Source: Wallemia ichthyophaga EXF-994
Taxonomy: Eukaryota > Fungi > Basidiomycota
NCBI RefSeq assembly: GCF_000400465.1
Contig: NW_008806275.1
Coordinates: 207,443-239,442 of the forward strand
Reading direction: 5' to 3'
Length of the DNA stretch: 32,000 bases
The notes beneath the pieces were generated by a model that searched no databases, was not told where the DNA came from, and worked only from the letters and a program-made list of their open reading frames with translations. A program made the position numbers and the translations under genes. Shown piece after piece: positions 1-11,490 of the stretch (position 1 is the stretch's first letter; each line of letters begins with the position of its first letter).

Positions 1-10
1 TCAAACTCAC

Positions 11-251
11 GCATTGTCCTCAGTGCACGTCAAACCGGAAAGGAAGTAAAGGACGGGTGCTTTGGCGTTAGCGTGGGTGTTGGGTGGCGTGTAGACGTTG
101 ATTTGCGTCTCTAAACCACCCAGGCTGTGGCTCTGGTAGTGCGTCAGCTGCTGCCGGCCCCACTCCATCCACTGCCACCCACCTTGAACTTGTACTTGTC
201 GATAAACCCGCCTGATACTTTGTTGGTCGATAATTTCTCAAATCCGCTCAT
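11..251 (-). CDS. ESD: S-formylglutathione hydrolase / esterase D, 5' part (continues beyond window start)
   Basis: Manual translation: exon 251-183 MSGFEKLSTNKVSGGFIDKYKFK, 50-nt GT-AG intron 182-133, exon 132-11 SHSLGGLETQINVYTPPNTHANAKAPVLYFLSGLTCTEDN, then a GTGAGT donor. PVLYFLSGLTCTE is the esterase D/FGH signature. Not in the ORF track. Confidence 0.92.
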
Positions 252-491
252 GGTCGTTTGGGTGTAAAACTCACTATCCTTTATGACGTCCGATTATCGG
301 GTGAATAATCGACGTTATCGGCGCTATAGTGGGATTATAGAATGTGCATTTGAGCATGTGAATATGATGTAATATTCACACACAACCCACACGCTTCAAA
401 TTAGATTCGTAAAGGCATTAGCATTCAAAGAGTTACATGATTTATAAGTTTCGACCGCAGCTATCCCAGCCAAAGCCTGCAGTAATTGCAT

Positions 492-964
492 CTAGAAGAG
501 AGTTGATGGGTCAACCCAGCTGTCGACGTGCCATGACCAAATATCGTAGATCTCGCCCTTGTATAATTGATCAAAGTCTTGGAAGAGCGCAAGAGACATG
601 TCGTAGTGGTTCCAAGCGCATGATGGGCACTTATCAACTACTTTTCCGTAACTGGTAACTCCGTTGACGTTGAAACCCTAAACGATGTCAGATGCTATAG
701 CGCAACATACTTCCCACTTACCACCCATTGCCCGCATGGGATTGGATTATCGTAAGATACTGCTACGAATCTATCGTTGTTGGAGAGCCAGTCTCCACAG
801 GCACCTCTGTTGCCTGTCTCAGCGTTGTACCAGGTGGCAATGTTGTTATAAGTATCGTCAGATCTCTTTGAGACTGGTGCAGTTTCATTGACTGGTTGTT
901 CGTTGGTTGGTGCAGCGGCGACCAAGGCAGCGAGAGAGGCGAGAGCAATTGCTTTGAAGTTCAT
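492..964 (-). CDS. Secreted RlpA-like double-psi beta-barrel (expansin D1/barwin-related) protein, copy 1, 142 aa
   Basis: Exons 964-722 and 677-492, 44-nt intron (GTAAGT...TTTAG). Signal peptide MNFKAIALASLAALVAAAP, dibasic KR after the propeptide, ATWY..TGNRGACG, VAV, PCG, VVDKCPSC, HYDMSLALF, Trp-rich C-terminus. Confidence 0.88.
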
Positions 965-1035
965 TTTGCGATCCTGCGCGTTTTTATAGGAGTTGAAAAG
1001 GTTGTAGAGAAGGCAGAATTCAGCTTCATGCAAGT

Positions 1036-1045
1036 CTTATATAAG
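1036..1045 (-). promoter_or_regulatory. Probable TATA element of RlpA-like copy 1 (duplicated at 5987-5996)
   Basis: Palindromic CTTATATAAG about 72-81 nt upstream of the ATG at 964. Confidence 0.4.
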
Positions 1046-2639
1046 GAAAGATCGAGGTCTAAGGCACACAGTTACAATGAATTTTGCGGACGGCTTGTGA
1101 ATTGGTGCCTAGTAAATATTTGTCCAGGTTGTTCGATTTCCTGAAGTGACATAACATTTAATTAAACAGTACATACAAGCTGCACGTATCGTTCGAGTTA
1201 TATTAGCTACATAAATTGCATTGCAAGCTTTGACTTCTTAAGCCATGGAAAAAGTGAGACCGCAAACTAAAACATTCTGACTTGCGATGCTTATTCTCAA
1301 CGATCATTTACAAATCAATACAATGGGATAAAATTTTATCTGGAATTGCCATCGAACAAACTCCAATCATCTCCACCGGTTCCTTGCCATTAGTAAGAGA
1401 TCGCGAACAGGCTGGAAGGGGGGGGGGATAAACTGAGTAAAAAATTAATTTATGCGCGCTATCATTCTGTTCAACTGCTTACTGCACACCCCAAATTACT
1501 GCTTTTCAGTCTAACCTCTAATAATTGTGAAGTAAGTCGCAATCGGCAGATGTGATTGATGTCATTAAATCAAGGATACTCTCAATTAGAAGAGCTTGTA
1601 GCATCGTACGTCTACAGATCCATCCGCATTTCACTCATAGATCGCTAGATTTTACATGCGGTCGGGAGCTATTCCATTTCTTCAAGACTTCTCGTGAGGA
1701 GTGGCGGAGATTGGGAAGTGAAATGGTGCAGCAAATGCTGATTAGGCTAGAGATCGCATCTATCCCTCTTGCTCGGATGCTCGGATGCTCGGTTATAATC
1801 ACCGCATGGCACACTTAAAGATGTCAATCACAGCACGCGAAACTGTGAAGAATGGGCAGATATTCCATTAATATTTAATACAAATTATATTCAATTATGC
1901 ACATGCAATGATAAGGGGCCGGCAGGGACTTTTATTAAGCCAAGCTAGCTGCACGAGGAAGCAGTGTGAAAAGGGCAGAGATTTAGCCAAGTGTTGAATT
2001 GAAAGTGGTGTATAACTCGATTAAGATTCATTGTATGACACTATATCGATTAATGAGATTTCTGAGAAATTCCAAACGCCTGAGCAAGCGACCCTTTTAG
2101 GCGTTCAAGGTGTATGTATCATCTGTGAAATAGAGTACAAGTTGACGTGAATGCTGTACAGCTCCGATATCGATTTTTTATTAGCGTAAAGGTACTATTT
2201 CTACCGTCAGTCGGTTTTTTCGTTAGTGATTAACATGTAAAAGCTAATAATGTATAGCAAACAACTGACTTTAACGTCTCACATAACAACTTATGGTACT
2301 CAATTCATATAAACAAATGTTGAATCGGTAGAAGCGCGAGACCCCCTTCGGACATTGGTGAATCTCAGCCAATCTAATTACATCAATGTTGTCTAGGGTT
2401 TCCCTTGCGTGCCTGTAAATCCATTTCGGCATTTCAATTTTTGAGACAGACTTCCTCAGTCATCTAAAAGACGTATTCAAAGATTCTGATCATGGACGCG
2501 CTCCCTTTTACTTACTCATCAGCAGAATGGGTCTCAACTGGAATTGTCGCATTTTCTATCGGATATTCCATGTCAATTATAACTTGCACTTTGTTGTCAT
2601 GTGTTATTGCTTTCATGCACCGTTGAAGCGTGTTTGAGG

Positions 2640-3180
2640 TTTGAATAGAGTGGCTGGCAGGCGCTTATCGAGATTTGCCACAATTCGCCACAAGACAGTC
2701 ATGTTGTGGGCCATATTGACTTGAAACTTGTATCTTGTAAACGAGTAATAGCTTTTCCGAAACTGTGTTTCAATTCGGGAATGTGGCCTAGTTCTAACAA
2801 AGCCGCGATTTCGACAGTAATGGGGATCGACCCTTCTCGGAAATCGGGTGTTTGGATTGACCAAGTGTATTTCAAAGTTTCGAACAAGGGGTGTGAAAGC
2901 GGGTAAGACTGCGCTGGAACACTAGAGGTCCGTATAGTAGGAATTAAGGTTTTTAGATAGCATATTGCAATCCCTGTAATACGTCTAAAGTATTTGGTCG
3001 GTTTCAGGTCCATATTAAAGGCTAGTAATTGTAATAGCATCGTCAAACACCTCACGTATCCTTTGCTGCAAATTTATACTAAGATTGCTCAAGGTTCCTC
3101 TCATTTCGATGTTATGACACAGCGTCCCCTTAACATTGCCTTCCTCGGCCTAGAGATGATGACGTTTAATGATTGATTTT
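2640..3180 (+). pseudogene. Degenerate orphan gene, paralog A
   Basis: 2820-2890 MGIDPSRKSGVWIDQVYFKVSNKG aligns to 4381-4458. An intron-like GTGTGA...TAGTAG follows, then ELRFLDSILQSL*YV* with in-frame TAA at 2977 and 2986, then MTQRPLNIAFLGLEMMTF (3114-) aligning to 4682-. Boundaries are approximate. Confidence 0.6.
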
Positions 3181-4380
3181 GGGTGAATTCGGAATATTCT
3201 GACTCAAATTCGGTGTTGTATGCATTTATATAACATTCATGTGGCAGTAGTCCTCGACTTAGCCAGCGCTTCCACCTTTCTGAGCTGTTGCTACTCTTTT
3301 AACTGTGAAAACGGAAAGCGAAAATGAGCTGAAGGTACAATAGCATTAGTTTGGAACATATTCATGAGGACAAAATCAATCAATATGACTATTAGAAGCC
3401 GTCTGAATCCCGCTATGGTATCAACCTGCTCGATAAAAAGGCGGGTAGCTACTCGGAGCAAGCACGCGTTCCATACTTTTTGTCTATTGAAGCATTTCGG
3501 TAGCTTTTCGTACTCTTCACGGATTAAACATGTCCTTAACATGTCTTCTTTGTCACCTCTGTTTAGTTACAAAACTACCAGCAGATGGAAAGCTTATTTG
3601 GAGATGATGTAGAACATTATTACGCCATTGAATATTTTTAAAGAATTGGATAGACACTTACTCGTTCCGACCCACAATTTTTAATCAGCGACTTGACCGT
3701 ACATCATAGCAACGTCTGGAGAAGTTTATGTGACAGATCAGGACTTTGAAGGTATAATATCGAAGAGTTGAAACCTGTGAATAATAATGTAACTATCGCA
3801 AATTAAATCTGCTTAGGACACCTTGCAAACGACCAAGCAAGTGAAAAGATAAACATAGAGATATCATATTCATACAGTCTGAATAATTTAGCAAGAATGT
3901 CAATTTTTTAGTAGCTCTAGGATTTCAAATGCAATCTCGTCTCAAACCTCCGCTAAATATCCAGAGTTGAATATCTCGACTATCAATCACATCACATCTC
4001 AGATGGCTGATTTACGAGTTTTGATGATTTCCAAATAAAAAAGCATCATAAATAACCCTAAATAAGCTGTTCAATGCTTAATCAAAATTGTATCCCTGAG
4101 CCTCCAATTGCCTCCCTTAGGCTGTTCGGCCGTTGGAATCAAACATCGGTTTGAAGCACACTACAGGATAGATATGGAGAATTTCTCGCAATTCATGGAT
4201 GGAAACAATGTTTCAGCTGATGAATACCACAATTACTCATACTCTCAGCATTACCGCTATATAAGCGCGATTTACGTTTTCCGACACGTAGCGTCCACGT
4301 GACTCAATACTAGCACCAGGGAGAAATTATTCTCACTCCAGATGATCACAAGCCTTTTATCACGACCTTTACAAAGAAAA

Positions 4381-4740
4381 ATGAAATTTAACCCAACTCT
4401 GAAATTGGGGGTTTGGATCGACCGAGTGCATTTCGAGATTTCGTATTCAATCAAGGGGGTATGAAGGCAGTTGAGACTGCGTTGAAATCTTATAAAACAT
4501 TTAGTAGAAATGCAAACTTTTAAATGCCAAGTTAAAGTCCCTGAAATACGTCACATCTAGCTGGACTAGTGCAGAGCACATAACTACGCTATTCATGATA
4601 AAGCTGCTCTCGAATTTGTCAAAAAGTAAATAACTACAGAAAGGTATCAATATTACGTGACTTTGAAGGTATCAAGCTTCTATGACACAACCGCCAGTAA
4701 ACATGCCATTCTCGATCTGGAGATGACGAGCTTTACTTTT
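4381..4740 (+). pseudogene. Degenerate orphan gene, paralog B
   Basis: MKFNPTLKLGVWIDRVHFEISYSIKG, intron-like GTATGA...TTTAGTAG (4459-4507), KCKLLNAKLKSLKYV, then MTQPPVN(-1)AILDLEMTSF, which carries a 1-nt indel relative to paralog A. Boundaries are approximate. Confidence 0.6.
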
Positions 4741-5353
4741 GTGATATGGCGAGAGGATGGGGATAATTCGGCTATAAAAGATTAATGTAGTTTTAATGAC
4801 TGCTGGATTTTATCAGTGAATGACCGTCTCTGACTTGTCACTGCTCTGCGACAATCAACTGTAATGTTGTAAAGGGAGATAAGAAAGGATTTTGATAATG
4901 AGCACTGACCTTCAATATATCAAGAAGCATCAATACTGGGTTTTGCGCTTTTCTCCTCCTTATCGTTCCGTACCCCCACTTCTCTTTAATAGATATTCAT
5001 CATCTCAAGATGGTTTAATCAAACGAAAGAGAGTCAGGGCTCATGGGCTTTCGTCGTCAACCAAAGCGATCTCATTTCAGCAGCAAAGGTCAAGTACATA
5101 AATGCAGCTTAAGGAAATGGGAACAAAGTGGATGATACTAACCACGTACTCGATATCCCAGAGAACTGCAAGTAATATAAAAGTTCCAGGACACGATTTT
5201 GTCGTTGCGAAGCTCGATATATGCCTGTCTGGAAGGCAAATCGATTACATCACGCAAAATATTCGCACAGATGTTTCACATACTAGAAGAGGTTAAAAAA
5301 TACATGGCAACTAAGTGCAAAGTATGAGCGCGTTAAAAATCTACACTTGAATA

Positions 5354-7738
5354 AGATTCGTAAAGGCATTAGCATTCAAAGAGTTACATGATTTATAAGT
5401 TTCGACCGCAGCTATCCCAGCCAAAGCCTGCAGTAATTGCATCTAGAAGAGAGTTGATGGGTCAACCCAGCTGTCGACGTGCCATGACCAAATATCGTAG
5501 ATCTCGCCCTTGTATAATTGATCAAAGTCTTGGAAGAGCGCAAGAGACATGTCGTAGTGGTTCCAAGCGCATGATGGGCACTTATCAACTACTTTTCCGT
5601 AACTGGTAACTCCGTTGACGTTGAAACCCTAAACGATGTCAGATGCTATAGCGCAACATACTTCCCACTTACCACCCATTGCCCGCATGGGATTGGATTA
5701 TCGTAAGATACTGCTACGAATCTATCGTTGTTGGAGAGCCAGTCTCCACAGGCACCTCTGTTGCCTGTCTCAGCGTTGTACCAGGTGGCAATGTTGTTAT
5801 AAGTATCGTCAGATCTCTTTGAGACTGGTGCAGTTTCATTGACTGGTTGTTCGTTGGTTGGTGCAGCGGCGACCAAGGCAGCGAGAGAGGCGAGAGCAAT
5901 TGCTTTGAAGTTCATTTTGCGATCCTGCGCGTTTTTATAGGAGTTGAAAAGGTTGTAGAGAAGGCAGAATTCAGCTTCATGCAAGTCTTATATAAGGAAA
6001 GATCGAGGTCTAAGGCACACAGTTACAATGAATTTTGCGGACGGCTTGTGAATTGGTGCCTAGTAAATATTTGTCCAGGTTGTTCGATTTCCTGAAGTGA
6101 CATAACATTTAATTAAACAGTACATACAAGCTGCACGTATCGTTCGAGTTATATTAGCTACATAAATTGCATTGCAAGCTTTGACTTCTTAAGCCATGGA
6201 AAAAGTGAGACCGCAAACTAAAACATTCTGACTTGCGATGCTTATTCTCAACGATCATTTACAAATCAATACAATGGGATAAAATTTTATCTGGAATTGC
6301 CATCGAACAAACTCCAATCATCTCCACCGGTTCCTTGCCATTAGTAAGAGATCGCGAACAGGCTGGAAGGGGGGGGGGATAAACTGAGTAAAAAATTAAT
6401 TTATGCGCGCTATCATTCTGTTCAACTGCTTACTGCACACCCCAAATTACTGCTTTTCAGTCTAACCTCTAATAATTGTGAAGTAAGTCGCAATCGGCAG
6501 ATGTGATTGATGTCATTAAATCAAGGATACTCTCAATTAGAAGAGCTTGTAGCATCGTACGTCTACAGATCCATCCGCATTTCACTCATAGATCGCTAGA
6601 TTTTACATGCGGTCGGGAGCTATTCCATTTCTTCAAGACTTCTCGTGAGGAGTGGCGGAGATTGGGAAGTGAAATGGTGCAGCAAATGCTGATTAGGCTA
6701 GAGATCGCATCTATCCCTCTTGCTCGGATGCTCGGATGCTCGGTTATAATCACCGCATGGCACACTTAAAGATGTCAATCACAGCACGCGAAACTGTGAA
6801 GAATGGGCAGATATTCCATTAATATTTAATACAAATTATATTCAATTATGCACATGCAATGATAAGGGGCCGGCAGGGACTTTTATTAAGCCAAGCTAGC
6901 TGCACGAGGAAGCAGTGTGAAAAGGGCAGAGATTTAGCCAAGTGTTGAATTGAAAGTGGTGTATAACTCGATTAAGATTCATTGTATGACACTATATCGA
7001 TTAATGAGATTTCTGAGAAATTCCAAACGCCTGAGCAAGCGACCCTTTTAGGCGTTCAAGGTGTATGTATCATCTGTGAAATAGAGTACAAGTTGACGTG
7101 AATGCTGTACAGCTCCGATATCGATTTTTTATTAGCGTAAAGGTACTATTTCTACCGTCAGTCGGTTTTTTCGTTAGTGATTAACATGTAAAAGCTAATA
7201 ATGTATAGCAAACAACTGACTTTAACGTCTCACATAACAACTTATGGTACTCAATTCATATAAACAAATGTTGAATCGGTAGAAGCGCGAGACCCCCTTC
7301 GGACATTGGTGAATCTCAGCCAATCTAATTACATCAATGTTGTCTAGGGTTTCCCTTGCGTGCCTGTAAATCCATTTCGGCATTTCAATTTTTGAGACAG
7401 ACTTCCTCAGTCATCTAAAAGACGTATTCAAAGATTCTGATCATGGACGCGCTCCCTTTTACTTACTCATCAGCAGAATGGGTCTCAACTGGAATTGTCG
7501 CATTTTCTATCGGATATTCCATGTCAATTATAACTTGCACTTTGTTGTCATGTGTTATTGCTTTCATGCACCGTTGAAGCGTGTTTGAGGTTTGAATAGA
7601 GTGGCTTGCAGGCGCTTATCGAGATTCGCCACAATTCGCCACAAGACAGTCATGCTATGGGCCATATTGACTTGAAACTTGTATCTTGTAAACGAGTAAT
7701 AGCTTTTCCGAAACTGTGTTTCAATTCGGGAATGTGGC
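5354..7738. repeat. Direct segmental duplication, copy 2
   Basis: Matches 403-2787 at offset 4951. It starts at AGATTCGTAAAGGC and similarity is lost after ~7770. Confidence 0.97.
5443..5915 (-). CDS. Secreted RlpA-like double-psi beta-barrel protein, copy 2 (identical to copy 1)
   Basis: Exons 5915-5673 and 5628-5443. Sequence matches 492-964. Confidence 0.88.
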
Positions 7739-8384
7739 TAAAATTTAAAAAAAGCCGCGATTTCACAGTACAAAGGACAATGATCCCTGACAAAGAAGTG
7801 CAACGTGTAGGTAACAAGGAGCATTCGGCTGAGGATGTAGCTATTACAGGTAATTTGTTCAAGATAAGATTAAGTAGAGGAAATGTTTGGGAATGTTTCC
7901 ATTTAAGGTTCTTTTAGGCAGCTTAGGAAGACTGTCTCAGATGACTCAAGTGTCAAACTGGACTTAGAAGCGCGCATAGCAACTCTAGACAAGAACGACT
8001 TATTTTAGCTGTTCAAGGAATGCAGACTGTCTGACGTGATCCTTCTGCGCCTGCTACTTCATCGTATGGATCTTTTCTTTGAATATCACAGGTCGATCTG
8101 GCGTTGCAGCCGAGTGGGTGCTAAACAAGGGTAAATCTTGAAATATGATTCCTACTATTAGACATTGCGGTTTTGCAGAAGAAATATTGCTAGATTTCCA
8201 AATGTGAGAGCAGCTTGTACTATGTTCACTTACGATACATCTGAACGCCTAAAGTAGTCCCCTGCTTTGTCCCTAGAGGATATATACCTGCCATAAAAGG
8301 GTTTGCAATATGCCAGGCTACAACAACAACTGTAAATGTCAACAAATTTGAAATCGCTTGCGCCCCTTGAACCGAAACCGCCAA

Positions 8385-11300
8385 ATGACGTCTATGCGAG
8401 ATAAAGCGTCAACAATATTTGCAGTGGTGATGGTACTCTTGCAGTGCCTAGCCAGTACCTCTGCGTGGCCTCGAAAATCACAGATATCTTCATCCACGTT
8501 CATCCCCGTGGATCCCACTTCGCCGGCAGAGATGACAGTCATAGACGCACTCAGCGCAGATCCTCAATTCACAGATCTCGTCAGGATTTTACAGCGACTC
8601 AAACTTGTTCCCGCTATTAACAAGCTCGAAGATCTCACCATCTACGCCCCCACAAACGACGCCATCAGGAGCTCGAAAGGCGCACACAGCCTCGCTGACA
8701 ACCTCAACGAGAGAAGTCGCGAGATTATTTTCTATCACATTTTAAATTACACCGCCTCTCACGATAACAGTGATAGTCACTTCCCTCAATTACACCAAAC
8801 CCTCTTGCACCCAGCCAACGTGCTTGGTGAGCCCACTTACAATCCTCCGCCGCACTCGCCCTGGCTGCCTGAGCCTGGCGATGGAAAGTCCCTTATGGGT
8901 GCTGGACAACACGTGCGCATCGGCAAGTCTAATGACTCTCAAGTCTGCTTTGGACTTAGGGATGTTGCTGTGGGAGGCAACTACACCGGCAACTGCAATG
9001 ATAACGGTGCTGCAACTATTCTCTCAAGCAAACCGAAGCGTGTACGAAATGGCGTCATTTATCCAATCGATACGGTGATTATTCCGCCCGCAGATCTTGG
9101 TGGGTGGTACTTTTGACATTTCAAACGCAACAGCTCACCCATCACAGCCACACAAATTCGCTCCCATCCATCTCTGTCCATGCTGGCTGATTTGATGCCC
9201 TCACAGGCCATCTCAAACTTAGAACATGACAACGCAAAAGGTCTGACTCTCTTCCTCCCAACCAACGATGCCTTCAAAGCCCTGGACGATGCTGTCTATG
9301 GATACCTTCACAATCAACTGTACGCTAATCCAGATCTGTTGAGTTTGATGTCAGGCCATATTGGAAGAGGAGATGGTGTGGGCTGGAGTACAGCATGGGA
9401 CTCTGATAAATACTTTAAAACAGACCTCAAAACAGAGCTGCAAGTTGACGATTTCGAAGTTAAGCTGGATGACGATACGACTTCCAAGATCAATACAATT
9501 GACATTTTGGCGTCAAATGGAGTCATACATCTGATAGACTCCTTCGTAACTCCCCCTCGACTTCTCTTGCTGGATTCCGAGAAGGCGTTGGTCGGATTAA
9601 ACGCCACCCGTTTCGTCGATTTATTCAGATCAGCACATCTCTCTGATAAGTATCTGAAGGATGACCAAGACAATGCAACGCTTCTAGTCTTTCGAAACGA
9701 TGTCTTTGATGGTATGAGGGAAGGCAGCGTGGACGCTCTCTCACAGCACAGCGATATGGCAAACACTCTTCAGTACCACATCATTCCTGGTAACATCCGA
9801 AAGGACGACGTTGAGTCTGGTGAATTGATTGCTACAGAGCTTAAGACACATATGCTTGATGGACACGGACAGCGAGTCGTCGTAACCAAGTCTGAACGCA
9901 AAGACAAACCTGAATCGACCAACAAAGCCGGTAGAGGCGGCGGATGGAGCTTCAACCACGCGAGCGTTCTCGCTAATGAATGTATGTTTCGCTTCGAGCC
10001 TAAGCTCTAGCCTAATCCCTAGCCTTAACGTCATTCTAACAAATCACAGTTAATGTGGGAAACAAGTCAATCTACTTCATCTCTTCAGTGCTAGAGCCAC
10101 CAAAAGACATAATGAGTGTTGCTGTATCGGACCTTCGCCTGTCGACATTTGTAGCCTCAGTATATGCTGCTGAGATGGGCGAGTACCTTAAGCATGTACC
10201 GGCAACAACGCTCCTGATTCCAACCAATAATGCATTTGAGGAGCTGGGCTATGCGATGAAGTACTTGCTCAAGGGTCGCGCAAAGTCTGAATTGACCAAG
10301 TTGATAAATTACCACGTAATCAACGATATCGTATACTTATCTGATATGACTAACGGTACATACAAGACGCTCTTAGACACAGATATTGATTTACACATTC
10401 GAGACAAAGGCAATGCAACAGAGAAAACAGTTGGCTCACTCCGCAACGAGGTTGGTTATTCTCTTAATGGGGAGGAAAGAAAGGCTGTGATAAAAGAAGG
10501 CGACATTCTCACTTCTAGCGGCGTCATACACATTATTGATCAGGTTGAACGACCTGCAGAGGTTGACATCACCCTGAGAAAGTTGCTGAAGGGCAGCAAC
10601 GCCAACACCATGCTTGATCTGTTCCAGAAGTCCGGGCTACACTGGCTCCTCGATGGAGACATACCACCTCCAGAAGACTACAACAATCCATACGAGAAGC
10701 GCAACACAAGTATTGGGCATCCTGTCAAACCATATACAGTGTTAACGCCAAATGACGACGCATTCACTCACATTAATCTCACGCACTACTATGATGACAG
10801 AGCAGCACTAGAAGCTCTAGTCAGAATGCACATCCTACCAGCACCCCCAGATTACCTCGAAGACAGAGATCCATACAGTTTGGTAGAGCAGGATAATGTA
10901 CCGCCTACGAATGGCGGACATCCTCTTTTTATTTACGACGACATGGCTTATCCATCTTTGCTCTCTTATACTGAGGGTGGGCCATCCAAATACGGCGATG
11001 TGGCGTTCAAGAAAACGGAAAATGACTGGACCGTCGGTATCAAAGGAGCCAGAGATGTCAACGGGCCTGAAGACTTTGCTATTGTCTTGGGATTTGGAAG
11101 GGCGTCACCTCACTTTTACAATTCCAGTATGTCTGCTTTAGACAGCAACAGCAACAACAAGGACTCAGACCAAGACGATCCACACTCTATGTCGATCGGC
11201 GGCGGAATTGTCGTGCTAGATAGAGTTCTGATACCCTACGAGCCTTCGTGGATCTACAGATGGGGATGGATTGTTTTTACTGCTTTGGCAGGCACAGGTT

Positions 11301-11395
11301 TGCTTGGTGGTGGTGGATACGCTTCGTTTATAGCATACCAACGCAGAAAGGCATATAGAGCTGGCTACGAATCACTAGAAGGCGAAGAGGATTAA
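8385..11395 (+). CDS. Multi-fasciclin (FAS1) domain type I membrane protein, ~964 aa
   Basis: Exons 8385-9099, 9148-9981 and 10050-11395 splice in frame. N-terminal hydrophobic signal. Repeated FAS1 H1 motifs (TIYAPTNDA, TLFLPTNDAF, TLLIPTNNAF, TVLTPNDDAF) and H2 motifs (NGVIYPIDTV, NGVIHLIDSF, SGVIHIIDQV). C-terminal TM (WGWIVFTALAGTGLLGGGGYASFIAY) and a short tail. Confidence 0.9.
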
Positions 11396-11490
11396 TGTGA
11401 ATTGAAAATATAATTATAATAATGAATCAAAGGACAACCAAATTTTGTACTATTGAACGAGTTGTATAAATAGAAATAATTTAAGTACAT

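Larger units (their letters stand above)
403..2787. repeat. Direct segmental duplication, copy 1
   Basis: Matches 5354-7738 at a constant offset of 4951, and five ORF-track entries are identical. By eye there is no difference over 403-2655 (even the G10 run is the same length), then substitutions at 2656, 2676, 2704 and 2706, with patchy similarity to ~2819. Confidence 0.97.

Noticed and set aside
965-1033. ORF-track N-terminal extensions of the RlpA genes (MHEAEF...; also 13493-13636 MMSSD...)
   Set aside because: The signal peptide begins at the downstream Met, which aligns across all four paralogs. The extensions cross putative TATA and leader sequence.
1125-1143. CAGG-TTGTTCGATTT-CCTG hairpin resembling a tRNA T-arm
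   Set aside because: The loop is too long and no D-arm, anticodon arm or acceptor stem can be folded.
1770-1793. TGCTCGGA x3 and the G10 run at 1418-1427
   Set aside because: Simple slippage repeats with no supporting context. The short tandem repeats in this window lack unique spacers, so none is CRISPR-like.
2613-3542. Minus-strand ORFs 2613-2864, 2699-3055 and 3291-3542 as reverse transcriptase or transposase remnants
   Set aside because: No YxDD, DDE or zinc-knuckle motifs. Where a paralog allows comparison, the synonymous bias and splice signals point to the plus strand.
3742-3755. 14-mer GACTTTGAAGGTAT repeated near 4658
   Set aside because: It is not collinear with the other paralog blocks and could be chance in this search space.
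403-7738. Direct repeats flanking a spacer read as the LTRs of a retrotransposon
   Set aside because: The repeats contain an intron-bearing host gene, lack TG...CA ends and a target-site duplication, and the spacer has no gag, RT or integrase motifs.
9059-10034. Minus-strand ORFs inside the fasciclin gene (and similar shadows in LYS1, CLC and the SPX transporter)
   Set aside because: They lie antisense to well-supported CDSs and have no independent motifs.
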